In this document: positions 25,763 through 39,274 of the stretch, one piece after another
Numbering within the stretch: the stretch's first letter is position 1
Layout of the letters: each line of letters opens with the position of its first letter
From: Eledone cirrhosa
Lineage: Eukaryota
DNA: 64,000 nt
Direction: 5' to 3'
Assembly: GCA_964016885.1 (NCBI GenBank)
Contig: OZ024741.1
Span: forward strand, 319,486,001-319,550,000
Notes under the pieces: model-generated
Told to the model about the DNA's origin: nothing
Seen by the model: only the letters and a program-made list of their open reading frames with translations
Databases searched by the model: none
Program-made: the position numbers and the translations under genes

Positions 25763-25900
25763 ATAATTAGTATTCTAGACACTTCTAAGTATATTAAGAA
25801 ACTGAATAGTGTGCGTATATATAATAACGCACATGGTATCTGAACTTAGCGTGTCTCACAAACTTACACCACTAAAAATAGCAGCCAGGTTTATTCGACA

Positions 25901-26143
25901 TTTGAATTAGCTCAACAAATTAACGGAGCCGAATATATTAAAGGTGTATATTGAGTTAGAAACTCAAAATAGTCTCTTACAATAAAATAGCTCTAGGAAA
26001 GAGATTTTTCAGAGCCGTATATTATAACTGAATATAAAAGAAAGACGAACACAGATATATACATATACAGGTATTTTGAGTTTCTAACTCAATATATACC
26101 TTTGATATACTCGGCTCCGCTAATTTGTTGAGCTAATTCAAAT
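25901..26143. repeat. Inverted repeat, ~70-bp arms
   Basis: TTTGAATTAGCTCAACAAATTA..GAAACTCAAAATA versus TATTTTGAGTTTC..TTGTTGAGCTAATTCAAA. Confidence 0.85.
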
Positions 26144-26243
26144 ATCATTATAATTTTAAAGGATTGTAAATAAAACGAGTAAATCAGACAAAGTTGGAAT
26201 TCCTTTTATTAATATAATCTTCTATACACAATCATACACACCC

Positions 26244-26353
<110 letters not shown>

Positions 26354-26899
26354 TATAATAAACTAAGGTCTGCGGGATTGCGTGCGGTTTATTTCTTTTA
26401 ATCCAGTTAGTAAAATAATTTGGATTACCTTGAATAAATAATGAATGAATATTACATAATTTATGTCCTAAATTTTGTAAACATAAATAATTTCGTAAAA
26501 ATAAATAATTTAAAATTGACTTCTTTTCAAAGTTGCACTTTCGGTATATCTTCGCCACCGCCACCACTTCAACTACCATATATATAGAAAGAGAGAGTGT
26601 GTGTTGAGAGAGATAGAGAGATTATGATTTTCTACACGCTGACGCGTATGAGTGTGCACATACATACATCTATATGTATGAGTATATAACTATTATGAGT
26701 ATATAACTATAAACGCGCAAACACAAACTTATAAAAATACACCCTCACGTACATAATTCACACAAATACACATACATTCATACATACTTTCACACAAACA
26801 TACATACATTCACACATACATTTACACAAACACATACATAGTCATGATAGCAGCGTTCGGTGAAATTGGAAATGGGAGGGTAAAACAAGTATAACGTTT

Positions 26900-27587
26900 T
26901 ATTTATTAATTAACTCTTTATTTATTAAATCTTTTTTTTTAAAACTCATTTAATATAATGGTTACAGAACAAATATCATATATATACAAAGGAAAGGGAA
27001 GGGAAAAAAGGAAAGAGAAAAATACACAAGCAGGTAATACACACATCTTAGGCCACATAACAATATGCAGGCGAAAGAGTGGAAAAAGAGCCGCTACCAG
27101 AGCAAAAGATAGCAATATAGCGAGGGGCACTGGGAAACCTCTCTAATAATTTTTGAGGCAAGCCAGCACGCTCGCAGCGATACCTGGGGTGATGGCGAGG
27201 CTGAGGTGCTGGAACAACCAAGTGCTCTCACGAGCATCACGAGTTACCTCTGTATGGCGTGCCGCCAGTGAAGATAAAAACCTCGCTGTCAGTAGCCCGA
27301 CTCCCCCAAACGACTCGAAGGCCACAGGCTGGAAAATGTAGTTAGCTGACAGAACACGATATATTAGGCTTTTGTTCCGTTCAGCTGCAGATGCTGTAGC
27401 TCTCGCCTTTATCGCTGCATCCAGAATGTGGGAAGAAGCAAAAGAGTCACTAACTGTGACGTCCCAGGTAAGGTACCTGCCTTGACCAGGAGCACAGAGT
27501 AAGACCGCCAAGTCTTTTCTCATCAATTCAGGACAACCCAGACGGTTCCAAAATTGAGGGGATGTTTGCCCGGGCCAAAGCTCTTGA
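26900..27587 (-). mobile_element. CRE-clade non-LTR retrotransposon 3' fragment (restriction-like endonuclease) with 3' UTR and A-rich tail
   Basis: RALARANIPSILEPSGL..DEKRLGGLTL../LTWDVTV..AAERNK..Y..F.PVAFE.FG..LFQHLSLAI..G.AASVL. Confidence 0.8.
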
Positions 27588-27799
27588 GTGGTAATAGGAC
27601 AGTGTGTGTATGTGCGTGCGCGTGAGTTTGTCGGCGTTCTTAAATTAGAGACACCTGTGGTGTGTGTGTGTCACTGCTTTTAAGTTAGACATATATATGT
27701 GTGTATCCCTTCCTTTCCTTTTACACACACATACATTCACACAAACACACATACACATTGCGTGATGGACGGGTGGACAGAAGTCCCTCAAATTTATAT

Positions 27800-28440
27800 A
27801 TATGTGAATGGAGTTCTACTGAAGCAGTTAGAGAAGTTAAAGTAACTTGGACCCGTGTTCATGAGTGATGGAATGCAGGAGGTTGAATTAAGTGCAAGAA
27901 TTGCAAAAGCTGATGCAGTAAAGCGCCAGCCTCAGTAATCAGATGAAGGGGGTAGGTGTAAAAGCCAAACTCGCTGTCTTCCTGGTATTCCTGCCAACTC
28001 TTACCGAGGATCATGAATCTTGAGTAATGATCAAAAGAATACAATTGCAAATAAAAGTGGCAGAAATGGGATTCCTCCGAAGGGTCTTTGGAGTAACGTT
28101 ACTCTATAAAGTGCATAACTCAGAGACCAGAGAGTCACTCCTGGTAGAGTCGCTACTTCTCCGAATTGAGAGATCACAACTCCGATATTATGAGCATGTG
28201 GTTAGAATGTCTCAGTAAAGAATCGCTGGACACATTTTACAGGTAAAACCAACCGTCAAGAGACCCAGAGGTAGAACCTGAGCAAGATAGTTGCATAACT
28301 TCCATGAGCTTGGCTGGTCACGCTTTGGGATCCAGCTGGATCAGTTAGAGATGTTTGCTACTGACAGACTCGCTGGAAGGAGTGTTTGAGAATGACTCTG
28401 CCCACACGACTCTCTCAGAAATAAGTGGGTGAAGAAGATT
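27800..28440 (+). mobile_element. Degraded RTE (Rex3/Expander-like) 3' fragment
   Basis: AEMGFLRRVFGVTL..NSE.RESL.VE.LLLRIERSQLRY..HV.RM; same family as 41968-42560. Confidence 0.8.
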
Positions 28441-28479
28441 TACTTTTCAATTTACATATATCTATATACATATATATTT

Positions 28480-28547
28480 GCGTATAATACCAATATGCAC
28501 ACTATATATGCTAGCAGAAAACCGCTCGAGGGCGGTTTTTCTGCTAG
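28480..28547 (+). mobile_element. Helitron-like 3' end (hairpin plus CTAG)
   Basis: CTAGCAGAAAACCGC tcgagg GCGGTTTTTCTGCTAG followed by T; matches 48066-48130 in reverse. Confidence 0.55.
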
Positions 28548-28703
28548 TATATATAACAAAGAAGGTGCGGTAAGATATCAGGTCGTCGACCATAACGCAC
28601 CAGAGTACTCGATACTTTAGGTAGTAGAGTGGGTAAGATATAGATCCGATCTAGCTGTCGAAACGGCCGGAGCTCAGCCGTCGGGATCCTGACTCTTTTC
28701 CTG

Positions 28704-28737
<34 letters not shown>

Positions 28738-28788
28738 TGTATGTATGTATGTATGTATGTATGTATGTATGTATGTATGTATATAATA

Positions 28789-29395
28789 TGTCAGGTCACC
28801 AGTTGGTGCTACTGGTAACATGTATCCCAGTACAACCTGTTTCATGGTCGGGTCGTTGGCGACTAAACTGGCAACCCCACCAAGGTTTCTTGGTGAGGAG
28901 CGTGACTTTGGACATCCTGCAGGACTAAAAGCAAAACCTGTCAAAAGGGCAAAGGAGCTCTTAAGAGTCAATGGCCATCCAAACTCACCGGGAGAGATGA
29001 CCCCTTAGCCTTTGTAAAGGCAGAATTCTAGAAGGAAAACTCTGATATAACACCTGCAACTCTGATGGTATCCAATGATGTTGACTTGTTCTTCTTTTTG
29101 GTAAATATCATCTTGGTTAAGAGAGTGGGACTGGCTTTGTGTAGTGCCTTTGCTCACTATAAAAGCTTCACGGCACAGGCATTGCTTTATATCTGGAGAT
29201 CTCTCTGCACTTGTCATCACATGGTACCATGGGCCCAGCACTATGTGTCAATAATTGTCACAAGTCTAGTGTTTGTATCAGAGTTTTCAAGTCGCTGGCT
29301 GGACTAAAAAGTCACACTTGTTCAGCGCATCGGTAGGGGTTCTCCTACATGGATATAAAGTAGTGGCCGTACTAAAAAACGAGTTGGCAGCCACC
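28789..29395 (+). mobile_element. Dispersed ~600-bp non-coding repeat, copy 1 (RTE 5' UTR-like head)
   Basis: Near-identical to 36987-37543; head related to ~45100-45250 on the minus strand. Confidence 0.75.
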
Positions 29396-29470
29396 ATATA
29401 CATATATATCAAGGGCGGTGCCCCAGCATGGCCTCAGCCGGATGGCTGGAACAGGTAAGAGAGTAAAAGA

Positions 29471-29577
<107 letters not shown>

Positions 29578-30319
29578 TCCCTTTATACAGAAACAGAACA
29601 ATCCACTTTTAGTTAAGCAGGTTCTACAGACAAGACGTTATAGCTAAGTGATCGCTAAGTGATACGACAAAGAATTACAAACGCTGGACTGATATCAAAA
29701 GAAGAAAAGAGAAAAAAAAATGTATAAATTGTAAGCACCAAGTCTACTCTGTAGGCTATGGTTTCGTGGATATCATAGCCTCGCTGTTTGTTTTCCCATC
29801 TCTCTCATTCTCTCTTCTTCTCATTTTCTGTATATATATATATGATTGTGTGTGTGCGTATATATATATATATATATATATAATTATAAATAAATATATA
29901 TATATATATATATATATACGCACACACACATATAAACACATATATAAGTATGCGTACGTCTGTAAATATATGTATATCATAGGGTATGTGTCTGCATGTA
30001 TATATGTATATACGTACACGCATATGTGTATATATATATATATATGTATGTGTATATGTGTGTGTGTGTATGTATAATTTACAAGTATGTATATGTATGT
30101 ATGTTTCGCAAACACACATACACATACATACAAACATACATATACACATACATACATATATATATATCGCTGCCATCCAATGAATATTGCCTTTGGTGGA
30201 GTGAGGCAATAGGTTTTGTTCGTAAGCTAGCTAGTTGAACGCTCAATTAGTCTAAAAGCATTTCCCTAGAGATTTAAATGTGGGTGATGCGGCTTTAGTG
30301 ACAACAATGAGGAATACAG

Positions 30320-30437
<118 letters not shown>

Positions 30438-31744
30438 CCGTATATATACGTGTGGATATACATTTGTATCTATGTATGTGTAAAATAGCGAAAGGAGATA
30501 TAAGAAGAAACATAAGCAAACAGAAGCATAAGTTTATATATCTCATGAATATATAAATATATATATATACGAGTGGAAGGTTAGTAAAATCGAAGTTATA
30601 TCTATATATATGTGTGTGTGTGTGTGTACATGTATACATACATATATGTATCTATCTATACACACTCACACAGACACACACACACACACACACATACACA
30701 CACACACACACATATATATATATACATATGTGTGTGTATATATACACAGCATGTACGTATATACATATATACATGCATACACGTACCCTAAATCCACATA
30801 GACTAATATGCATGCACAGATGCGTAGACATAAACACAAATTTACAATGGAGATGATTAGTCTGTGTGAAAATTAGCCAAACAGAAAGTGAATGTGCGAA
30901 CGAGAGAAAAGGCTGCTATGTTACAGTAAAAGCTATCGGGGGTGGGGCGGTGGGGGGTGGGGTGGGGGTGGGGGTGGGGTGGGGGGTGAAAGTGAAAGTA
31001 GAAGAACCACAGAAAGTTTGACGGAATGAATGAGAAGACGAAGACGATATACAAGAAAGGGAAAGCAAAGAATAGTATCAAAACAAACTGAGAAAGCAGC
31101 TTTTCATTCTTCGTTTTTCTTTTTCATCTTTTTTAGAAACTTTTATTCCTCCTCCTCCTCCTCCTCCTCCTCCTCCTCCTCCTCCTCCTCCTCCTCCTCC
31201 TCCTCCTATCCCTTCACCCCATTCAACATTCCCTCTATATCTATTTACATTTTGTTTCACCATTTCCCCATTACTTAACCAACAAACAAACACAAATAGT
31301 AAGAAAGATATAAAAACATAAAAGAACCCAACAAATAAAGCACCATCGATCTAACATCATCAATGACAGTTCACCTTTCTATTGTTCGGCACTGAAACCA
31401 CGAAGTATTTACACATACTTCATGTTTTTGAGATAACGAGCGAGTGTCTACGTATTCGCTCGATATGCTAAAAATAGCAGTTAAACCACCATCAAATAAC
31501 ACGCTACTAACTTATAAAAAACAACCCCAAACGGACACATTGGATAATGTAATCTATATACTCAATGATTCAAAAACAAATGGCATTTAGAGGCATTTTT
31601 GTATGTTTTTATTATATATGTCTGCTCAATTATGACTGACTTATGGCTTAACAAGAAATACAACAATAGCAACAGCAGCAGCAGCAGCAGCAGCAACAAT
31701 AATAACAACAACAACAACAGCACCAGCAGCAGTAGCAACAATAG

Positions 31745-31995
31745 AGTAAAGGGTAAGTGTAAAGACCCCCTTCGGTCACGAATGACCATGGGATTTGCGC
31801 CTAGAAAATTCCCGGCAAGGTTGTTTGCGGATGACCAGAGTCACCCATGCATGCCAGTCTCCCCTCTCCACCCCACAAATGTTGTCCAAGGCTAAGGCCG
31901 ATACAACTTGGCACCATTGACGTCGCAACTCATTTCTACAGCCCAGTGAACTGGAGCAACGTGAAATAAAGTGTCATGTTCAAGAACACAACGCA
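31745..31995 (-). mobile_element. CORE-like SINE fragment
   Basis: CATTTCTACAGCCCAGTGAACTGGAGCAACGTGAAATAAAGTG, shared with the SINEs at 40133 and 55594. Confidence 0.7.
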
Positions 31996-32189
31996 ACTAC
32001 TGAAATGTAAGAAATTTGTAAGTATAACTACTTTCAACACCAGGACTCTAAATAGCACTAGGAGAATAAATGAACTTACAGAACTGTGAACTTTTCAAGC
32101 TTGAAGTTACATGTGTAGAAGAACATTGTTATTACCATCCTGGTGATATAATCAAATATCATGATATAAGAAAAGGCTGAAAACTTGTG

Positions 32190-32490
32190 TCTAATTCAAG
32201 TGAGAAGGCTCAAAATAATTCAACTATTGAAGGGGTAGGTATGATTATAAGTCCAAAAGCACAAGGCTTTTTCCTCTGTATTCAGTCTATAATACCAAGA
32301 ATTTCAACAGAAATCCAAAGCTAACCATAACCTGATAACCTGATGTTACAGTCCTACAAATATTGCAAAATGTAAAAATATACAATGAACTTTCAGGTTT
32401 GATACGTAAAGTCCCAAAACATAACCTAACTCTCGTCGCGGGAGGTTTTAATGCGAAGAGTGGAAAAGACAAGCTTAAAGATTTTTGCTT
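32190..32490 (+). pseudogene. RTE AP-endonuclease fragment
   Basis: FNRNPKLTI..CYSPTN and IRKVPKHNLTLVAGGFNAK motifs across frameshifts. Confidence 0.65.
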
Positions 32491-32689
32491 TCATGACAAA
32501 ACAGACAGAAATGGAGAACTAGCATAGAAATTTAGAAGGGGTCTAGACAAATTTAAATTAAATATTAAGATAGTAGAAAAACCAGGATTTCTCATAAAAG
32601 CCCTGATTAGCAGAACATACTTTTTATAAGAAAACCCCCTGCACCGATAGAAAATGTATAGCCTGTAAATTAAACACACAGATTAACCG

Positions 32690-32815
32690 TAAAGCTAGAA
32701 ATGTAGTATATAGCATACGATACTCAGAGAGACAGGTAAGAATAGGAACACAACATATATAGGTGAGACGGCCCGTAGCATAAGAGAAAGGATAAATGAA
32801 CACTGGCGAGAATTC
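32690..32815 (+). pseudogene. GIY-YIG (Penelope-like) fragment
   Basis: NVVYSI.. and TYIGETARSIRERINEHW. Confidence 0.65.
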
Positions 32816-33616
32816 TAAGACGAGAAAAACTGATCAGTACTCCACTAACATGCTAGAATGGAAATGGGGGTTCACTAGAGAATATCAAGATAAAAATTAT
32901 ATCTACTCACAGAACAGACGCAAAGCTCCGACAGATTACTGAAGCTACAAACATAAATGAAATTTCGACCAAAATTAAATAGAAAGCACGAATGGAATAG
33001 TAAGAATTCCATATCGTAGTGAGTAAGGGCAACATAAAGACACAGAAGAACGAAACTACAGTTAGTCACCAACTTACGAACGTTCCAAGAAGCCTTTCGT
33101 TAGTTGATTTGTTCGTAAGGTGGAGACTTAATGTAATAAGATAAATAGAACCCCCCGCAACACACACACATACATATAGAGTCCCCAAACGAGAACCCCA
33201 AACTGCTGAGCTACTTCACAAAATCGGAACGTCAACAGCCCGTTTGAGGAAGGAGCCTTGCGAGGTGGGGTGGCTGTTGGAGTAGATGCCGCTGGTTATT
33301 GTCTGCAGAAATGCCCGTGCAGACTTGTTCGCGGGGCGCAGCCCAAACTCCGCCCTGCTCTAGGCACAGAGCCCATCCCCACTCCCCTTCTCCTCCCTTT
33401 CTTCTGTGACCCAAGTGTCCTTGCTTTTTCCCTCTTTTCCTCTCATTTATGGCATTTATAGTCCTTTCCTCTCCTTTCCTATACAGCCAGATCTGCCCTT
33501 CCTCACCCCTTCCACTTTTTTATCATTACTTAATTTTGTTTTTATCTTTCTTTCTCATATCCTCATCATTGTATAACTTATTCTTTATTAGTAATGTCAT
33601 TTATATAACTCTAAAT

Positions 33617-34035
33617 AATGGTTTCTCATATAGGCACAAGGCCAGCAATTTTTGGGGACGGGGAAAGTCGATTAAATCAACGCCAGTACATTACTGATAC
33701 TTTATTTTATCGACCCCGTAAGGATGAAAGGTAAAGCTAACCTCGGCTGGATTTGAACGCAGAACGTAAAGGGCCGTAACTCTCTGCTACAAAGCATGTT
33801 GTCCGGCGCTTAACCGATACTGCCAATCCACCGCCCTTATAACTCTAAATAATTGTTTCTACTTTTGGCACAAGGCCAGCAAATACCCAGTACATTACTG
33901 GTACTTTATTTTATCGACCCCGTAGGGATGAAAGGCAAAGTTAACCTCGACGGGATTTGAACTCAGACCGTAAAGGGACGTAACTATGCTAGAAAGCATG
34001 GCGTCCAACCCTCTACCGATACTGCCAATTCACCC
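33617..34035 (-). mobile_element. Two tandem Nin/Deu-type tRNA SINEs
   Basis: Two copies of TTTATCGACCCCGTA(A/G)GGATGAAAGG..GATTTGAAC. Confidence 0.85.
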
Positions 34036-34198
34036 TAAATAATTGTTTCTACTTTTTTTCCCTTTTTTTTTCTTCTTTTTTTTTTCAGTTTCTATTCTTT
34101 TAACGACATTCATTTCCAAAACAACAAGAACCAACTCCACCACCACTACTACCAGGAAATGCGGACTCAAAGTAGGACATACACATCCACACACACAT

Positions 34199-34259
<61 letters not shown>

Positions 34260-34990
34260 ATAAGCAAAAGAAAAGGTTAAAAAATACATTGAAGGAGAAC
34301 TTGGAGAATGTAAGAATTGACCCCCAGAAACATGGAAAGTCTCGTAGAGGTTCGTTATTCAAAAATATGGGATGGTGTGAAAACCTTTGAGTAAAACAAT
34401 CTAATGCAAGTAAATATTACTGGAATAAAAGGAAAAAAGAACAGCATCTAAGGGGCCATGAAATTAATGGAACTTTTTTTACTTGTACAGTTTATGGCAG
34501 AATCTGCCCTGCAAAGGCTGGACTTCATAAGATCCCACAATAGGCTGGCTATAGAATATACAAATCAATTCAAACTTATCAGTGCCACAAGATCTGCAAA
34601 TCTCAAAGATCTCTAAAGAGATATTTCAAGGTTCATCAAGATATACAGTCCAAGCAGCACCAAAATTAATATGAAATTTATGTGGACGGCTTCTTAAAAA
34701 TATGTTTGGTTTAAAAAGCCACATAAGATCTCATGCCAGAACTGAACATCATGTACACTGGAGTGGCCAAGCTTTGTATTGAGCAGACAACAAAGGCGCA
34801 CGCATGCACACGCACACACATACACACACACACACAAACACGCACGCGTGTGTATAAATTAGATTGTGGTTACGATGAAAATACTATTTACAAAACACGT
34901 GGGAGAAATATAGGAAACTGGAAACGCGGAAGTACATGGACAACTCCCGCTCACTTGCTGTCTTTCTGGGGATCATTATAGTTTCTAAAA

Positions 34991-35183
34991 GGGCGGTGGA
35001 TTGTCAGTATCGGTAGAGGGTCGGACGCCATGCCTTGACGCATTGAGTTACGGCTCTTGCCATTCTGAGTTCAAATCCCGCCGACGTTAACTTTGCCTTT
35101 ATATCTTTACGGGGTCGATAAAATAAAGTACCAGTAATACACTTGTGTAATAGCTGGCCTTGTGCCAAAAGTAGAAACAATTA
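34991..35183 (+). mobile_element. Nin/Deu-type tRNA SINE
   Basis: A/B boxes, GGGGTCGATAAAATAAAGTACC domain and tail GTAGAAACAATTAT. Confidence 0.85.
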
Positions 35184-35427
35184 TAGTTTCTGATGCTTTA
35201 TAAGTCAGGACTATTCACCACCAGTACGCCAAAAGAAACCACGGAGTTATCCATGGATAACTATTCGGGATGAAAAAAACGGACGCTGGACTAAAAGAAC
35301 AAACAAAACAAAACAAGAAGAAATAACTACATACCAATATGGGATATGAAAATTGTTACACTCGAAAGCAACACAAATAAGGGCTTGATAACCGTAATAG
35401 AAATGAAGGAATGAATTAATATATATA

Positions 35428-36318
35428 TACGAGGTGTGTCAGAAAAGCTCCAGGACTGATGTCACAAAAGATTTATTTCAAACCCAAACTTCACACTAAG
35501 AGTTTTCTCCTGGAGTTTAATGCACTTTTCCATCCTTTTCCGCCACGCTTGCATGCACTCCTGGAAGGATTCTTCCGGGATCCTCCGCAGTTCCGTCGTC
35601 ACGGCCTTTTTGATGTCGTCCACGTCTTCAAAACGGGTCCCCTCCAAGTCGTACTCGAAGATCCATGACTCATCACCGGTGATGACTGTCCCTAGCAAGT
35701 CTGGTTCAGTTTCAAGACGCTCGAGGATGTCCTGGCACACTTGCATGCGTCGACCCTTCTGGTCATCGTTCAGCAGTTTTGGCACCATCTTCGCGCAGAC
35801 TTTCCGCATGTCCAAATCTTCAGTGAGAATCTTCCAGACGCTGTCCCGATTCATGCCCAGCTCATTTGCCATCAGTCGAACAGTCAGCCGACGATCGCTA
35901 CGCACCATCTGCCTGACGCGCTTAACGTTAACCTCAGTTGTTGAGGACCTTCCACTCCTGGGGTCATCTTCCACGTCCTCGCGTCCTTCTTTAAACCTCT
36001 TGCACCACTCAAAACCACGTGAGCGTGACATCGTCTCATCTCCATATACTTGCTGCAGCGGAGTTTTCCCCAACCTTACCAGAAACTTCAAGTGTGTTCG
36101 TTGCTCTGTGCTCATTGTTTGACGACCTGAAACAGAGGACATGTATATAATTATGAAGAAAATTATGAGGAAAAAAGTGTGATCGCTGCAGAGAGCTAAG
36201 ATTACAGTTACATTCTCCAGGGGGATTACTTTGAAGGAGAAAACTCTTAGCGTGAAGTTTGGGTTTGAAATAAATCTTTTGTGACATCAGTCCTGGAACT
36301 TTTCTGACACACCTCGTG
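35428..36318 (-). mobile_element. Mariner transposon, internal-deletion derivative, TIRs of at least 84 bp, TA-flanked
   Basis: TIRs 35428-35511 and 36235-36318 (TACGAGGTGTGTCAGAAAAG..); ORF 35462-36142 has HTH, KVCAKMVPKLL and TGDESW but lacks the rest of the DD34D core. Confidence 0.93.
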
Positions 36319-36986
36319 TATATAGAATATAGAAGGTATGCCTGTGTGCTTATAGAATTCACTTCGCAACAATGTGGTTTTAGGTTCAGTCACATCTTGT
36401 GCCAGTGTCTTCTTCTAAATTTGGTCAATTTACGATCTTCTTCGCCCACTTATTCCTGACAGGGTCGTGGTCGCAGAATCCTTAAATACTCCTTACAGAC
36501 CAAAGACAGAAAAGGAACAGCGACACTTGCAGGAATCGAACCATGCATTGCTCGTATACCGAACGATGGTATTTATTTAACCATATCATAAAACGTCTGA
36601 AGCCTTAGCTAGAAGTGTGGTTACTTTATGAAGCGTCGATGAAATTTGAGGATAGATATCCACAATGTAGATAACTTTATATATAGAAGTGTGTGTCTAC
36701 GTTTTCACAGTATGTTTTTGTCCTGCAACGTAGCGGTTTGATAAAAAAAAGAAAGAAAAAGAGTTGAAAAATTACTACTGGAGTCGATATGAACGACTAA
36801 AACCAAGGTGGTGCTCCAGTATGGCAGCAGTCGAATGCCTGAAAGAAGTAAAAACATAAAAGGCGTGTGTGTGTATGTGTATGTACTTAGACACACAGGC
36901 AACAAAACATACACACACACACGTGCCTGTATGTATGTATGTATGTATGTATGTATGTATATATATATATATATATATATATGTCC

Positions 36987-37539
36987 CATGGTCGGGTCGT
37001 TGGCGACTAAACTGGCAACCCCACCAAGGTTTCTTGGTGAGGAGGGTGACTTTGGACATCCTGCAGGACTAAAAACAAAACCTGTCAAAGGGCAAAGGAG
37101 CTCTTAAGAGTCAATGGCCATCCAAAATCACCGGGAGAGATGACCCCTTAGCCTTTGTCAAGGCAGAATTCTAGGAGAAGGAAAACTCTGATATAACACC
37201 TGCAACCCTGATGGTATCCAATGATGTTGACTTGTTCTTCTTTTTGGTAAATATCATCTTGGTTAAGAGAGTGGGACTGGCTTTGTGCAGTGCCTTTGCT
37301 CACTATAAAAGCTTCACGGCACAGGCATTGCTTTATATCTGGAGATCTCTCTGCACTTGTCGTCACATGGTACCATGGGCCCAGCACTATGTGTCAGTAA
37401 TTGTCACAAGTGTAGTGTTTGTACCAGAGTTTTCAAGTCGCTGGCTGGACTAAAAAGTCACACTTGTTCAGCGCATCGGTAGGGGTTCTCCTACATGGAT
37501 ATAAAGTAGTGGCCGTACTCGAAAACGAGTTGGCAGCCA

Positions 37540-37543
<4 letters not shown>
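36987..37543 (+). mobile_element. Dispersed non-coding repeat, copy 2 (5'-shorter)
   Basis: Near-identical to 28843-29395; flanked by (TA)n. Confidence 0.8.
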
Positions 37544-37585
<42 letters not shown>

Positions 37586-37587
37586 AT

Positions 37588-37722
37588 AATAATTGTTTCT
37601 ACATTTGGCACAAGACCAGGAATTACTCAGTACATTACTGGTACTTTATTTTATCGACCCCGTAAGGATGAAAGGCAAAGTTGACCTCGACGGGATTTGA
37701 ATTCAGATCGTAAAGGGACGTA
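37588..37722 (-). mobile_element. Nin/Deu-type SINE, partial
   Basis: Same conserved domain as the other copies. Confidence 0.8.
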
Positions 37723-37785
37723 AATAATAATAAATGCTTAAACTTTAATCTGTTATTTTAATAAATATATATATATAGTTGTTGT

Positions 37786-37847
<62 letters not shown>

Positions 37848-37867
37848 AAGGTTGCAATAAATGCGTC

Positions 37868-38042
37868 CGTTATAACGAATGCCATTATAACGATTTTTTC
37901 AGTATAAAGAAATTTTTTTCAATTCCAAAGGTAATAACAAACAAACGCTCAATTTGTTTCGGTCGATCTCGTTATAAAGAATTTTCGTTACAACGACTTT
38001 TTTTATGCCCTGTGAAATTCGTTATAACGGATTTTCACTGTA
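37868..38042. mobile_element. pogo/Tigger-like MITE fragment
   Basis: Repeated CGTTATAACGA-like subterminal motifs and terminus CACTG followed by TA. Confidence 0.5.
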
Positions 38043-38211
38043 TATGTATGTATATATATGCACAGACTCCATTGTAGCGACGAAGAGAGATCTTCAGGTC
38101 GTTACGAAGGTCCGACTTCCACACCGATCTCAAACTATGGTACGTTGCCCAGGCTTTGCCCTTCCTCTCTACCACATCATCCTAGCTCCCAGATACAGGA
38201 AGTATCGCTAC

Positions 38212-38590
38212 GGTGAAGTCTGTGCTGCTGTACGGGCCTGAGACTTGGACACTGACCAAGAGACTCACTCAGATGGTAGATGGGTGCTACACGAGAATAC
38301 TGAGAATGGCTCTAAACTTTAATCAGTATATACTGAGGATGAACAACTCAGAGCTGTATAGGTGCCTCCCAAAAGTCAGCTCGAAAGTAACACAGAAGAG
38401 ACTGAGGTTATCTGGACATGTTCACCGACATTCAGTGGTTCTGTGGGAGCCCCTACACGGACACACTAGAAGAGGGAGACCGAGGGTGACATATTGATGC
38501 CCTAAGGACAGACGACACAAGACATGACGACGCTGATGAAGGACAGAGGCTGCTGGAGAGAACTCGTCCATGGATCTCGGGAATTTTATC
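38212..38590 (+). mobile_element. RTE LINE 3' fragment
   Basis: SVLLYGPETWTLT..DGCYTRILRMALN..RLRLSGH..RRGRP. Confidence 0.85.
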
Positions 38591-39274
38591 TGCCATATAT
38601 ATATATATATATATATTGAGGTAAATAAATGTATTCTATTTTCTCCTAGTTTATTTTACACCTAATTCTGTTTAATTGACTGTATCTGGGCGATTACGCT
38701 GCCGAAATATTCGATAAATATTCTGTCGCGGCCGACGCGAAGGGCTAGTTTCGGTTATTTGTTGGAGATTTCTTCATAGAAGCCTTATTCTTATAGCCTG
38801 GTCTATTCGATTTTTTATATAGTTAATTATGCTAATTGGGAGAGGAAATGGTATGTATTTTATCTGGTGATTCTATAGACATGTTTTATGATATATAGCT
38901 CTGATTATTTAATTTATTAACTTTTCATTGAGCCACAAAGTGACCCGTTGCAAAACACGTATATGTATGTATGTATATATATATATGTAAACCTTTATAT
39001 GTATATATATATATATATATGAACTGATATATATGAACTGGACTCCACCTGGCTGGAAACGGAGGCGAGGTTGCCCCAGGATCACCTGTTGACGAACGTT
39101 CCGAAAAGACTTGATGGCAGCCAAAATCGCTTGGCACGGACGCGAAAATGCCGCCACTGATCGTGACTGTTGGCGAGTACTTACTACTCGATGAGCCGAA
39201 CGGCGGGGAAGAAATTAAGACTAAGATATTTATATAACAGATAAAGGGATGATAAACACGCATAAGCGATATAA

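Noticed and set aside
35520-36122. 200-aa plus-strand ORF
   Set aside because: Antisense shadow of the mariner transposase; ORFs opposite the RTE and Naiad sequences are shadows in the same way
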